Source: a virus | Taxonomy: Duplodnaviria; Heunggongvirae; Uroviricota; Caudoviricetes | IMG/VR virus record: IMGVR_UViG_3300042322_000140 | Coordinates: 228 to 64,227 of that record | Direction: 5' to 3' (one strand) | DNA length: 64,000 nucleotides | In this document: positions 45,171 through 55,500 of the stretch, in pieces | How positions within the stretch are numbered: position 1 is the stretch's first letter | How the letters are laid out: every line of letters begins with the position of its first letter | The notes under the pieces: model-generated | Told to the model about the DNA's origin: nothing | What the model saw: the letters and a program-made list of their open reading frames with translations, nothing else | Databases searched by the model: none | Position numbers and translations under genes: made by a program

Positions 45171-47192
45171 CTATGCTAATAAGATTTTTACTGGTACTCC
45201 GTTAATTACTACATTCCATACTTTTGTGGAAGTGTTTGTTTCTGTTACTATTGCCCCTGCTGGGGATGCTGCTGAACCAACTACAAATTGATTACTTCCT
45301 GTTGCTCCTGCAAATGCTCCTAATACTACACAATCACTAAAATCTGTTGCTGATGCAAAGTGTCCTATTACTGTGTTTCTATCTCCAATAACGCTGGTCC
45401 ACATTGCTCTACTTCCAATTGCTATATTTGCAAAGTTTGCTGCTCCTTGCCCAGCTGCCCCAAAGCCAATACCTATATTTTCAGAGCCGTTTGTTGTAGC
45501 TGCTAGTGCTGAGTCTCCAACTGCAACATTCCAGTTTCCGTCTGTTAATTGTGATATAGCTGACGATCCTATGGCTGTGTTTCCTGTTCCTATACCTACT
45601 GGCGGTGATCCAGGAAAACCATTTCCACCTCCCCACGCAGCTGCATTACCCATAGCTGTATTGAAGCTTGCGTCTACTCCAGCTAAAGCTAGGAAACCAT
45701 TGCCTACTGATCCGTCTTTTGTTTGATATATTAGGGTACCATTACCTATTGCATGGTTTTGTGCCCCTATAGTATTAAATTGAAGTGCTGCAAAACCAAG
45801 TGCCATATTTTCATGTCCGGTTGTTGTTAACTGTGCTGCTCTAAAACCAACTGCTACATTATGACCTTGTTGACCAGAATTGTGAGAGAGTAGAGCTTGA
45901 AAACCAGCTGCTACATTTGTGTAGTTGTTTCCTCCACCTCTACCAACAGTCAGTAAGTTTACTTGTATATCTCCATTAACGTCTAAGATTTTAGCTGGTG
46001 TTGGTACACCTATTCCTACAAATCCTGCTGGAGTTATAAGAACTTTCTCAGAACCGTTTGTAAAAAATCTTATTGGGTTAGCCCCGGCTTGGCTTATTAT
46101 CAATCCATTTGTCTTTTCAGAACTAGAGTTTACCCAGCTTGTAGAAGGCCAAGATGCGTGTGTAGAAGGGTAACTTCTTAAGTCAATACCTCCTTCACCA
46201 GTATTGCTAAATGCTCCTGTAAATGAGTAAGCTGCTGTACCTGTATTTGTATTTCTTGACACTATACCGTCTGCTGCATTTGTGTTTGCATCTACAACAA
46301 GTTTAGCAGTAGGGTTTATATTATTAATACCTACGTTTGTGCCGTTATCAAATATAGAAGAGTTCCCTAATGTATGAATGCCTGTAAATTTAGATACATA
46401 GTTTACTGTACCTGTTGCTTCTGCTAAATTAGCTGATAATGTAATATCAATGTCACTAATTCCTTCAGTTACTGTTACTCTAGAGTCTGTAGATTTTATT
46501 TTTCTTAGTAGAAAGACTTCACTATTTCCTAAAAAAGCTGATGATTTATACACTGAAGCTCCAGTTCCATCATTATTTATAGAGTACGTATACTGATTAT
46601 TTTTTACAAATTGCTCTAACAATGTATCGTCTAGATCTAAAGAGATGTCTGATGCATTTTCAGATACTAATAATTTAAGATCAGATGAGTTTATCTTTCT
46701 AAAGTTAAAAGTTACATTATTACCAACTGTAGTTGAATTTTTATATGAGCTAGACCCTGTACCAATATTAGCTGCAGCATATGTAATTTGATTAGCTTGT
46801 ACAAATTGCCCTAGTACCGTAGTATTTATGCCTATTTCAACTTCTTTATTGTCTGTAGATAATCCTACAGTTAGTATTGTATTTGTAGGTGTTATAGATC
46901 TTATTTCTTTTCTTCCTATTCCATCAACTCCTTTATATACTCTGGTACCTGCTCCTACACTTATAAGACTAAATGAATTTGCTAGTTGGGTTGATAAGTC
47001 ACAAAGATATGTGTCAAGTTGAGAGAAAGCTTCTGTCATAAGAGTTCCTCCTAATATTTCTGTACATGGTAAGTCTTCACCAGTATACTGTATGCAATCT
47101 GTACTTAAGTCTTTTATAGGACAAGCACAGTCATTTGGTACACAACTAGAACAAACCGAACTAGTTGTTATTGTATTTCCGCAGTTACACAT
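45171..47192 (-). CDS. Tail fibre protein with Cys-rich N-terminal module and C-terminal YadA-head-like (NxAxGxxAL) repeats
   Basis: CPIKDLSTDCIQYTG; repeated NVAVG/NTAIG/NIAIG units. Confidence 0.7.
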   Translation of the reverse strand: MCNCGNTITTSSVCSSCVPNDCACPIKDLSTDCIQYTGEDLPCTEILGGTLMTEAFSQLDTYLCDLSTQLANSFSLISVGAGTRVYKGVDGIGRKEIRSITPTNTILTVGLSTDNKEVEIGINTTVLGQFVQANQITYAAANIGTGSSSYKNSTTVGNNVTFNFRKINSSDLKLLVSENASDISLDLDDTLLEQFVKNNQYTYSINNDGTGASVYKSSAFLGNSEVFLLRKIKSTDSRVTVTEGISDIDITLSANLAEATGTVNYVSKFTGIHTLGNSSIFDNGTNVGINNINPTAKLVVDANTNAADGIVSRNTNTGTAAYSFTGAFSNTGEGGIDLRSYPSTHASWPSTSWVNSSSEKTNGLIISQAGANPIRFFTNGSEKVLITPAGFVGIGVPTPAKILDVNGDIQVNLLTVGRGGGNNYTNVAAGFQALLSHNSGQQGHNVAVGFRAAQLTTTGHENMALGFAALQFNTIGAQNHAIGNGTLIYQTKDGSVGNGFLALAGVDASFNTAMGNAAAWGGGNGFPGSPPVGIGTGNTAIGSSAISQLTDGNWNVAVGDSALAATTNGSENIGIGFGAAGQGAANFANIAIGSRAMWTSVIGDRNTVIGHFASATDFSDCVVLGAFAGATGSNQFVVGSAASPAGAIVTETNTSTKVWNVVINGVPVKILLA

Positions 47193-47221
47193 TTTTTATG
47201 TTTTTTTAGTTATTAATATTT

Positions 47222-47590
47222 TTATGGACAACAGTTTGTTTGGATGTCTACTACGTCTAATTGAAGTTGAGCTACTATACCTTGTAAAGTTATAATATCT
47301 GTTTGTGCAGTTAGCATTGCATTTTGTAAGTCTAAGACTTGTCCTTGTAACGCTAGTATTTGAGCTGCTTGAACTGCGTTCTCTTCTTCTAGTTGTGTTG
47401 TTCTAGTATTATTACTCTGTAGAGATAATACCATAGCTTGTATGACTGCTGTTAAATCTTCATTTGGGTCTATAAACAAGTATGTAATAGCTTCTGGATA
47501 GAATATACAGTTTGTTGATGTATGTACTCCACCACAAGGATCTACTTGTTGGTTTAGTATCGGTATGTTTGTTTGGCTACATGTTCCCAT
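47222..47590 (-). CDS. Short fibre/hub-like structural protein with coiled coil
   Basis: CGGVHTSTNCIFY module followed by heptad coiled coil. Confidence 0.5.
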   Translation of the reverse strand: MGTCSQTNIPILNQQVDPCGGVHTSTNCIFYPEAITYLFIDPNEDLTAVIQAMVLSLQSNNTRTTQLEEENAVQAAQILALQGQVLDLQNAMLTAQTDIITLQGIVAQLQLDVVDIQTNCCP

Positions 47591-47592
47591 AA

Positions 47593-48036
47593 TTACGGTG
47601 TTGGTGTTTGAGTGTTATCTAATAAGTATTGTAGTAGTTGTCCTAATGTAGTTATTGGGGTGCTACAAGCATCTAGTATACCAGTTAAGTCTACACAGTC
47701 TGTGATAATTTTATCACATATTGCTTCGTTTTCTAGATAGGTTACTCTGTCCTTTAAGTTACATATTTCTTCTTCGTATTTTATTAATACGTTTTTTACA
47801 ATTGTTTTTCCACCTTCTTGTACGTAAGTCAAGCAATCATTACCTAAAGCTGATAAATCAATTTCTGATTTAATACCACCTACTAAATTGTATAGGTCTT
47901 CTGTTGTTTCTTCTATTGTAATGCACTCCTGACCTACCAAGCTTGAAAATGCTGGTACCTCTAGTTCGTAGTAAGTACATGTGGCATAAGTTTTTTCACC
48001 ACACATGTGTTTAATTTTGTTTCCGCAATTTTTCAT
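47593..48036 (-). CDS. Cys-rich fibre/hub-like structural protein
   Basis: CGEKTYATCTYY module, short coiled coil. Confidence 0.5.
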   Translation of the reverse strand: MKNCGNKIKHMCGEKTYATCTYYELEVPAFSSLVGQECITIEETTEDLYNLVGGIKSEIDLSALGNDCLTYVQEGGKTIVKNVLIKYEEEICNLKDRVTYLENEAICDKIITDCVDLTGILDACSTPITTLGQLLQYLLDNTQTPTP

Positions 48037-48167
48037 CCTTGTCCTCGATTTAGTTTTAAATAATTTTTTGATGTTTTTAGTTTAGAAGTTTTGCTTTTTG
48101 CGTGTACTCCTGGTCTTTTTACTTTAGGTTTAGCTTCAAATGATGCTGTGTTAGTTTTTACTGCCAT
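48033..48167 (-). CDS. Small basic peptide (44 aa) missed by the ORF track
   Basis: Hand translation MAVKTNTASFEAKPKVKRPGVHAKSKTSKLKTSKNYLKLNRGQG; TGA overlaps next ATG (ATGA); A-rich start context. Confidence 0.7.
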   Translation of the reverse strand: MAVKTNTASFEAKPKVKRPGVHAKSKTSKLKTSKNYLKLNRGQG

Positions 48168-48189
48168 TTTTTATTTTTTATTATAATTA

Positions 48190-48699
48190 TTATCCTTTAC
48201 AAGGGCTTATTTCTTGTAGTCCACTCTTAGGAGAGTAAAATCCAACATAGGTATTATCTGATATTTTACCTTCATATTCAATAGGTTGTTTTAAATCTTC
48301 GTCTACGTAAATAAAAGCAGCCTTTGAAAAATCATCATTGTCTAAATAAAACTCTCCTATCTCTTTACCAAAACAGTCGTTAAAAATAAAAACTGCCCTT
48401 TTTCTGAGTCTTATGTCAGGTCTTTCTATTAATAGAATGTCTATCGGGAGTATTACACCTGCCATTAGTTCTTCAAAAGTAGCTCCTGTTACTACTATTT
48501 TACTACGGAATAGTATGGCGTAAGGTAGGGTTATAAAATTGCCGCTTGGTATACTATCTGCTTGTGTTGTACTTTCTATATTTCTTAGATCGTAATAGAT
48601 TATTGCTTTGTCTGCTGTTGTAAAACGGTCTTGTGTTTGTACTTCTGTCTGTGTGGCAGTTCCTGCATTCGTCTCTAAGAATTGTATGTTATATGTCAT
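48190..48699 (-). CDS. Hypothetical protein
   Basis: 169-aa ORF tiling the operon. Confidence 0.5.
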   Translation of the reverse strand: MTYNIQFLETNAGTATQTEVQTQDRFTTADKAIIYYDLRNIESTTQADSIPSGNFITLPYAILFRSKIVVTGATFEELMAGVILPIDILLIERPDIRLRKRAVFIFNDCFGKEIGEFYLDNDDFSKAAFIYVDEDLKQPIEYEGKISDNTYVGFYSPKSGLQEISPCKG

Positions 48700-48711
48700 T
48701 TTATTATTTTT

Positions 48712-49131
48712 TTAGCAATAGCTCCAACTAATTCCTTGATCTGTCAATACAGTTGAAGGACTGTCTATTTCCCAAGTATTGTAAACATTAGTATCAAACA
48801 TTGGTTCATAATACAAGTACTCGTACCAGAAATTGGTTACATCAATCATCACAAAATATAGTGGGCCACTCCCATTTGTAGCATAATAAAGTCCGTCATT
48901 CCCTGTGTAAATATCCCAGTAATCATAGTTACAAGGGTCTCCTGCGTAGAATGAATTAAAGTAAGTATAAGTTACTTCACCTCCTGAACTATATCCGTAA
49001 AACTCACTAACACTATCAGGAGTGGAGAATCCAGCTGAGCTTGACATGTTTCTTAGGGAATAGGGTGTACCTGCTCCTAACTCACTTGCTATTGCTGAAA
49101 AACTTAATTGTCCACTCCCTGGTAATGCCAT
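48712..49131 (-). CDS. Tail-fibre-associated small protein (possible receptor-binding tip)
   Basis: MALPGSGQLSFSAIASELG..S..EFYGYS N-terminus typical of genes following S74 fibres; aromatic-rich C-terminus. Confidence 0.55.
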   Translation of the reverse strand: MALPGSGQLSFSAIASELGAGTPYSLRNMSSSAGFSTPDSVSEFYGYSSGGEVTYTYFNSFYAGDPCNYDYWDIYTGNDGLYYATNGSGPLYFVMIDVTNFWYEYLYYEPMFDTNVYNTWEIDSPSTVLTDQGISWSYC

Positions 49132-49135
49132 AATA

Positions 49136-49522
49136 TTACTTTGCTGATGTTTTTTGAGCTGGTTCTACTGCCGGTTCAACAACTGGTTCTACAACAACTT
49201 CTTCTGTTGCCCAAGGCAAAGTAGGTTGTTTAATTACTTTAGCATCAATCTGCTTTTGTATTTGATTGTTTACATGCTCTTCATAAGAATCTACTACTAC
49301 TGACTTAATCCAGCCTAGTATTAACTCTTCTGTTAATTCTGTGTAAGGTACAAAATTTTCTGCATCAATAGATGATTGCGGAAACGGTGTAGCTCCTACG
49401 AACTTACCTTCGTTTCCTTCTGAATCTGTTCCAATTTTTTCCCAGTACGTTTGTACTACTGCGTTTTCGACTTCTGTTGTATCCAAAGTCTTCACTCCTG
49501 TGATTTTCCAAGTGTATTCCAT
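49136..49522 (-). CDS. Tail-fibre-associated conserved protein
   Basis: YTWKI..V..YW..G..G.T.F..FVPY.ELTEE.ILGWI pattern common downstream of phage fibres. Confidence 0.55.
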   Translation of the reverse strand: MEYTWKITGVKTLDTTEVENAVVQTYWEKIGTDSEGNEGKFVGATPFPQSSIDAENFVPYTELTEELILGWIKSVVVDSYEEHVNNQIQKQIDAKVIKQPTLPWATEEVVVEPVVEPAVEPAQKTSAK

Positions 49523-49530
49523 TTTGTTTG

Positions 49531-52500
49531 TTATTTAGTTATTAATTTGTTTACTAATTCTTTTAATTCTTCTATTTGTTTTTGTTGTTCTTTTACTGCT
49601 TCGAATAATACAGCTACTGCGTTTTGGTATTTTACAGCTTTAGTGTTATCTTCATTTGTAACTACTAATTCTGGAAATTCTACTTCTAGCTCTTGTGCTA
49701 TAAATCCTATATTGTTTTTTTCTCCACTGTCAATTCTGTCGTATAAGACTCCTCTTGAATTATTAATTCTTTCTAGTACATTTTCAATTGGTCTTATATT
49801 TTCTTTTACCGATTGATCTGAATATGCTACAATGTCATAGTCTGCGTAAATTGAGACATTGCTGACTTGTTGTGTTACTCTTAGTGGATGAGATGCTGTA
49901 TTGCTTGAGCCAATTGTTATTCTAGATGTAGAAGATACGTTATCTATATGAAAAGATAATGCTGTTCTAGGTCTAAATTGTATAGCACCATTTGTGGTGT
50001 TATTATTTAGTATGTCCATATAACCACTAGAGAACATATTAATGCTACCACTGTATGCACCTGAAAACATATTTACTCCTGCTATTGCTTGAGCTCCTGT
50101 ATTAGTATTTGTTATAGTTATACCACTTTGATAAGTTGCATCATTAAAGCTTATACTAAGTCTGTTTAAAACACTTGTACTAGCTGGATCTATATAATAT
50201 GCAGTATTGGTTCTTTCATAGAATATATTAAATCTGGCACCATTACCAAGAACATCTTGAGCTGTTCCTGCAGGGCTACCTGCGTAAAAAGAGGATGTTG
50301 TATAAACCGATCCATAATAAACTCCTACAGATGGATTACCATAACTGTTTGCAAACTGTAGACCTATTGTATCTGAGCCGGATTGTACAACTACTTTACT
50401 TGCTAAATTTGCAGCAGTTGTTGAATCAGCTGGGTTTATATAGTACGCTGTATTATTTGAGTCGTAAAATATTGGTGCTCTAAGAGAATCATTAGATTGG
50501 AAAAATCCTGTTTTACTTTGATTTGAACCTCCAGAACCAATTGCAGTTTCCCATGCTTGAAATGAACCAGCTCCATTATAACTTCTAAACCATAAGTTGT
50601 TATCATAGTAACTCATTGCCATTTGAAATCCATGGTAGTTACTTTGATTACTGTGTCTTACATTTATTGAGTTATACCAAGTACTACTAGGCCAGTTTGA
50701 ACCTCCACCATCATTCTCATAAAAACCACTATTTCTCCAATCATTAGCATTATTATGAGAAGCTATTAAAGAATTAGTTGTCATCCAATCCGGTTTACTT
50801 GATACATTAGTCCAAGCTACTGCACTTGCTGAACCAGCATTACCAGTAATGTTTCCAGATATAGTGTTAGCTACTGTTAATCCAACTAAGTTAGAGGTAC
50901 TAGTAGGATCTATAAAATAACCAGTGTTATTTGAATCATAGAATATAGGAGCTCTCATATCATCTCTTGATCTAATAGAACCTGAGATAGCTGCTAAGAA
51001 ACTACCATTTTCTGTAACAAGTAATCCATGTGTATTTAAGTTTCCTGCAACTCCTCCAGCATTTGGGTGAGACCAGGCCATACCATAAAGGTTACCAATA
51101 GAAGTCCCATCTGCAGGAAGAATATAAGCTTCTCCCATTGAAAAGACTGCTTGGTATCTAATAGAACTATATAACCCAACTTGTCCATAACCAAAATTTG
51201 TGGCAACTATATTATCACTATGATATAGCTTAGATATATTTGAAGTTAAATTAGGGTCTATATAAAAGCCAGTATTATTTGAGTCATAGAATACAGGTGC
51301 TCTAAAATCACCACTTGTCTGATATGTACCAGTACCACCTGTTTTTGAAGTAAGTGAGTCAAAAGTGTGTGTATGAGAAACAGCAGCTGCGTAAGTTCCT
51401 ACATTACTTGAATCTAATACAGTTCTCCATGCTTGCCATGTTCCACTATTTTTACCTCTTATTGCTATTTGGCCAGATCTAAAATCTCCTGCTATTTGAT
51501 GTTGCCAAGCTGAGCTATATGCTTGAGAGTATAATGCTCCGTCTGTAGCGTTTCCTGTAAAGTTTGGTACACCTGCTGTATAATAAGTAATACCATTACT
51601 TTCTAAGGTATCCGCATTTATGGCTGAGTTAGAACCTGTGTTTCTAAAAGGCATCCCATCAATTTGATCAGCACTTGTAGCTGTGGCTGCATTACCTGAT
51701 ATGTTTCCTGTAATTGTATTTGTAACAGTTAGTCCAAGTAAATTGCTTGTTGAAGCAGGATCTAAGTAATAGGCTGTATTGTTTGTATCATAATATATTA
51801 AAGCATACAATGCACCTCCCCCATTTACATTGACCCCATATACAGCTGGATATTGCCAAGGATTCCAAGTGCCTGCATCTCCATTTCTTGTTCTAAATGT
51901 TATTCCATAGCCTCCACTGCTATAAGGTGCATTGAATTGTAAACCATATCCTCCAGCCTCAATGTGTGCTAAAGGTCCACTATACGGAGCATTGTTTGCA
52001 TATGTAAATCCAGATTTACTGCCTGCTATTGTATTTGCATCATATCCTGGATTAGTTACCCATCCATCATACCACCTGTTTGTAGCTGCTGTTGCATATC
52101 CTGCAGAAGCATGGTTACCCCATGAGTAAGCTGTATTCCAGTTAGTAGAATTATCTGTAAAAGGTAATACATAAAAGTTAGCATTAGTAGCCCCTGTATA
52201 ACCAAGATCAGCTAATGTCATCGTTCTAGTTGTAATGTTTGTTACACTACCTATTGCATCTGAAGTAAACACGTCAATTACTTGTGCTCCTGATGTATCA
52301 ATATTTCTTGCTGTATAAGCAGGATGAGTATACACCGTATTTGTGTCTGTAGAGGATATTGTTACAACTCCTCCGGCCCCGTAGCTTAGTGATACATTTG
52401 TTCCTGCAACTAAATCTAATGAACCATTAGAGGTAATTGTAGTTCTTTGTACACCGTTAGTTTTTAAATTCCAGTATTGGTAGTTATCATAGGGGTGTGT

Positions 52501-55500
52501 ATGTGAGGCTAGTGCAAAAGCTGAAGCATGGTTACCATCTAATAAGTCAGCGTCTAATCCACTTCCTGAACCATCGTTACCTGCATGCCAAACAATACTA
52601 TTATCCCAATACAATACACCATTAGTTCTCATCTCTAAAAACTTACCGACTGTGCCACTAATATGAAATGCAATACCTGTTGTTGTTGTACTATAAGATT
52701 CAGTCCATATAGCTGCTGTTGTGTAGTCGTTGTCTGCTTGAGCTTTTCTAGACTTTATTGTATTATCAGCTATTAATAAGCTTAAACTACTTGTCCCGTT
52801 TGGGTTTGTGTAATAAGCAGTATTATCTGAATCGTAGAATATTGGAGCTCTAAAATCACCACTTGTCTGATATGTACTTGTACCACTACTCTTAGAAGTC
52901 AAAGAATCAAAAGTGTGAGTATGAGAAGTTGTAGCCGCAAAAGATCCTATGTTAGCTGAGTGAATTACTTCTCTCCAACCACTGTATTGATCATTGTCCC
53001 ATTGTGTCTTAAAATAAAAGTTTCCAGTGTGTGAACCCCAAAGTTGAAAACCAAAATTAGTACCTCGCAAACTTAACATTCCACCATAATTGTAACCCCC
53101 TGGAGGATTAGACCAGCTTCCTGTGTCACCTATTTGATCAAATCTTACAGTTCCTGCTGTAGATTGTAAGGTTTGAAAATCTCCACTTGTAGAATAGCCT
53201 CTATATAATCTAGGATCTGTGTAAGTGGTGTAGTTATCTGCATGTAATAAATTATGTGTACCTGTATTGTTTGTAAAAGTACCATTACCTCTAATGTAAG
53301 AGCTGTACCCTAAAGTATTAGAACCTATGTATACACCATAAGATGAGTTCCAACCTATACTATCTGCCATAACATCAGAAGTTATCCATGTAGATGTTTG
53401 AGAACCAAATGATAAATCTCCTGCTAAGTTTAACGCATTTAAGTTAGAAGTACTAGCAGCATCAATATAATAACCAGTATTGTCTGTATCATAAAATATT
53501 GGAGCTCTAGAACTTCCACTAGCTGTTACTATACCTGTAAAAAAAGCTCCTTCACTAGCAAATGAAATTCTGTGATAAACAGAACCATTATTTTTTATGA
53601 CTAAATGATGTCCATAACCATTTCCATAAGAGTAACCTAATCCATACATATTAGCTAATGGCCAAGACTCTCCAATGGTCCAAATAACTTTGTCATTAGT
53701 TCCATTTATATTATAGTCTCCCATAAGACCTCCACTATTGTTACTAACTAAGTAATCTGAATAAGTGAATCTTCCTGCTAAATTACCTGTATTTAAATTA
53801 GAACCTCCATCTGGATTTAGATAATATGCTGTATTATTTGAATCATAAACTATAGGGGCTCTGAAATCTCCACTTGTTTGATAAGTTCCTGTACCCCCTG
53901 TTTTTGAAGTTAGAGAGTCAAATGTGTGTGTATGGTTTGCAGCTGCTGCATAGTTTCCTATATTAACATCTGTGATATATCTTTGCCATCCTTGCCATCC
54001 TGCAGCATAAGAGGCAGTTCTGTACCAAGAGCCTCCAGTAGAATCAAAGTACACTTGACTTGCAACGTGTCCGATTTTACTGTAGTATTCCAATACTGTG
54101 CCATAGTCATCTCCTAATCCTGTGCCATTAAAATAATTGTCCCACATCTTAACAGACATAGGTTCTGTATTTCTAGGGGCAGTTGCTGGATTAAAATTAG
54201 TAGAAGGAAATAGTAATTGATTTACTGTAAATAGGTTTGTATTACTAGTAGATGCAGGATTTACATAGTAGCCTGTGTTATCTGAATCATAGAATATAGG
54301 AGCCCTAAAATCACCTACTGCTTCTGAATATGTTCCATTTAATAAAACTCTTCCTAAAGTATTTCTAATAGAAAAGTCAGTGTCTAATGCAGAGCCAAAT
54401 CCTTCCCAAGCCGTTTCTGCACCACTTGTGTTTCTATAAGAAATATAACCAACTTGGGCCGCCCCAGAACTGTCGGTGTCTTGTATTACTAAAGCTGGAG
54501 ATATAGATTGTACTTGTATTGAAGTACCTAGTACGGTGTCGAAACGAGAAATAAAAGCTGGGTTTACATAATAGCCTGTATTGTCCGAATCATAAAATAT
54601 AGGTGCTCTAAAATCACCAGAAGTTTGGTAAGTCCCTGTTCCTAATGTTTTATTTGTTAAGTTGTTAAAATCAACACTCCCTGCAGAAGTGGCTGATCCT
54701 GTTATACTTATTGGCCATGTCCCTGTTGCGTTAGTACCATCTGTGAATGAAATGTCTTTATATGAAGAGTATGCTGTAGCTGAACCATAAGTTTGCTGCC
54801 ATATTCTCATTCCAATTGCATCCTTTCTAAACATAACTAAATTGTCAAGCCCTCCAGAAGCATCTTGATAACTTCTCATATGTAAGAAGTCTGCATAAGG
54901 GCCTGAGTTATTATTATTCCAAGATGTAAAGCCAAACTTTAATCTATTTGCTGCTAACTCACTTGGAGAAATTGTTCTGTTATCTTCTGATATTAGTGTT
55001 CCAGAATAACCCGATATATTTGTTACAGATGTTAGGTAAGTATTTGAATCTACAGTTCCATCTGCCTTTAAAAATTGTGAAGCTGTTCCTCCTGCCTTAA
55101 CAAACTTATTAGCTGTTATATCATATAGATTTGATGAAGCTGCTGGATCTAGATAATAATTTGTATTATCTGAATCGTAAAATATAGGTGCTCTCATATC
55201 TGCAGTTGCAGTTAAACTTCCACCACTAGAGAGAGTCATTTTTTGACTTCCATTTATTGAAAATAGGTAGCCACTTAAGCTTTGTCCATATGTTGGATTA
55301 AACTCTAATTGATGAGCTGTATTTACTTTAAAAACAGACAACACAAGTCCGTCAGCTCTTTTGCTTAAAAATTGTGCGTTATTATCTATTATTATGTTTC
55401 CTCCAGAAACAACTAATTTTGCATAGTTTGGGTCTGTAGTTGTGCCTATTAATACGTTTGTACCATTATCATATACTAAGCTATTTCCTAATGTAGTTGA

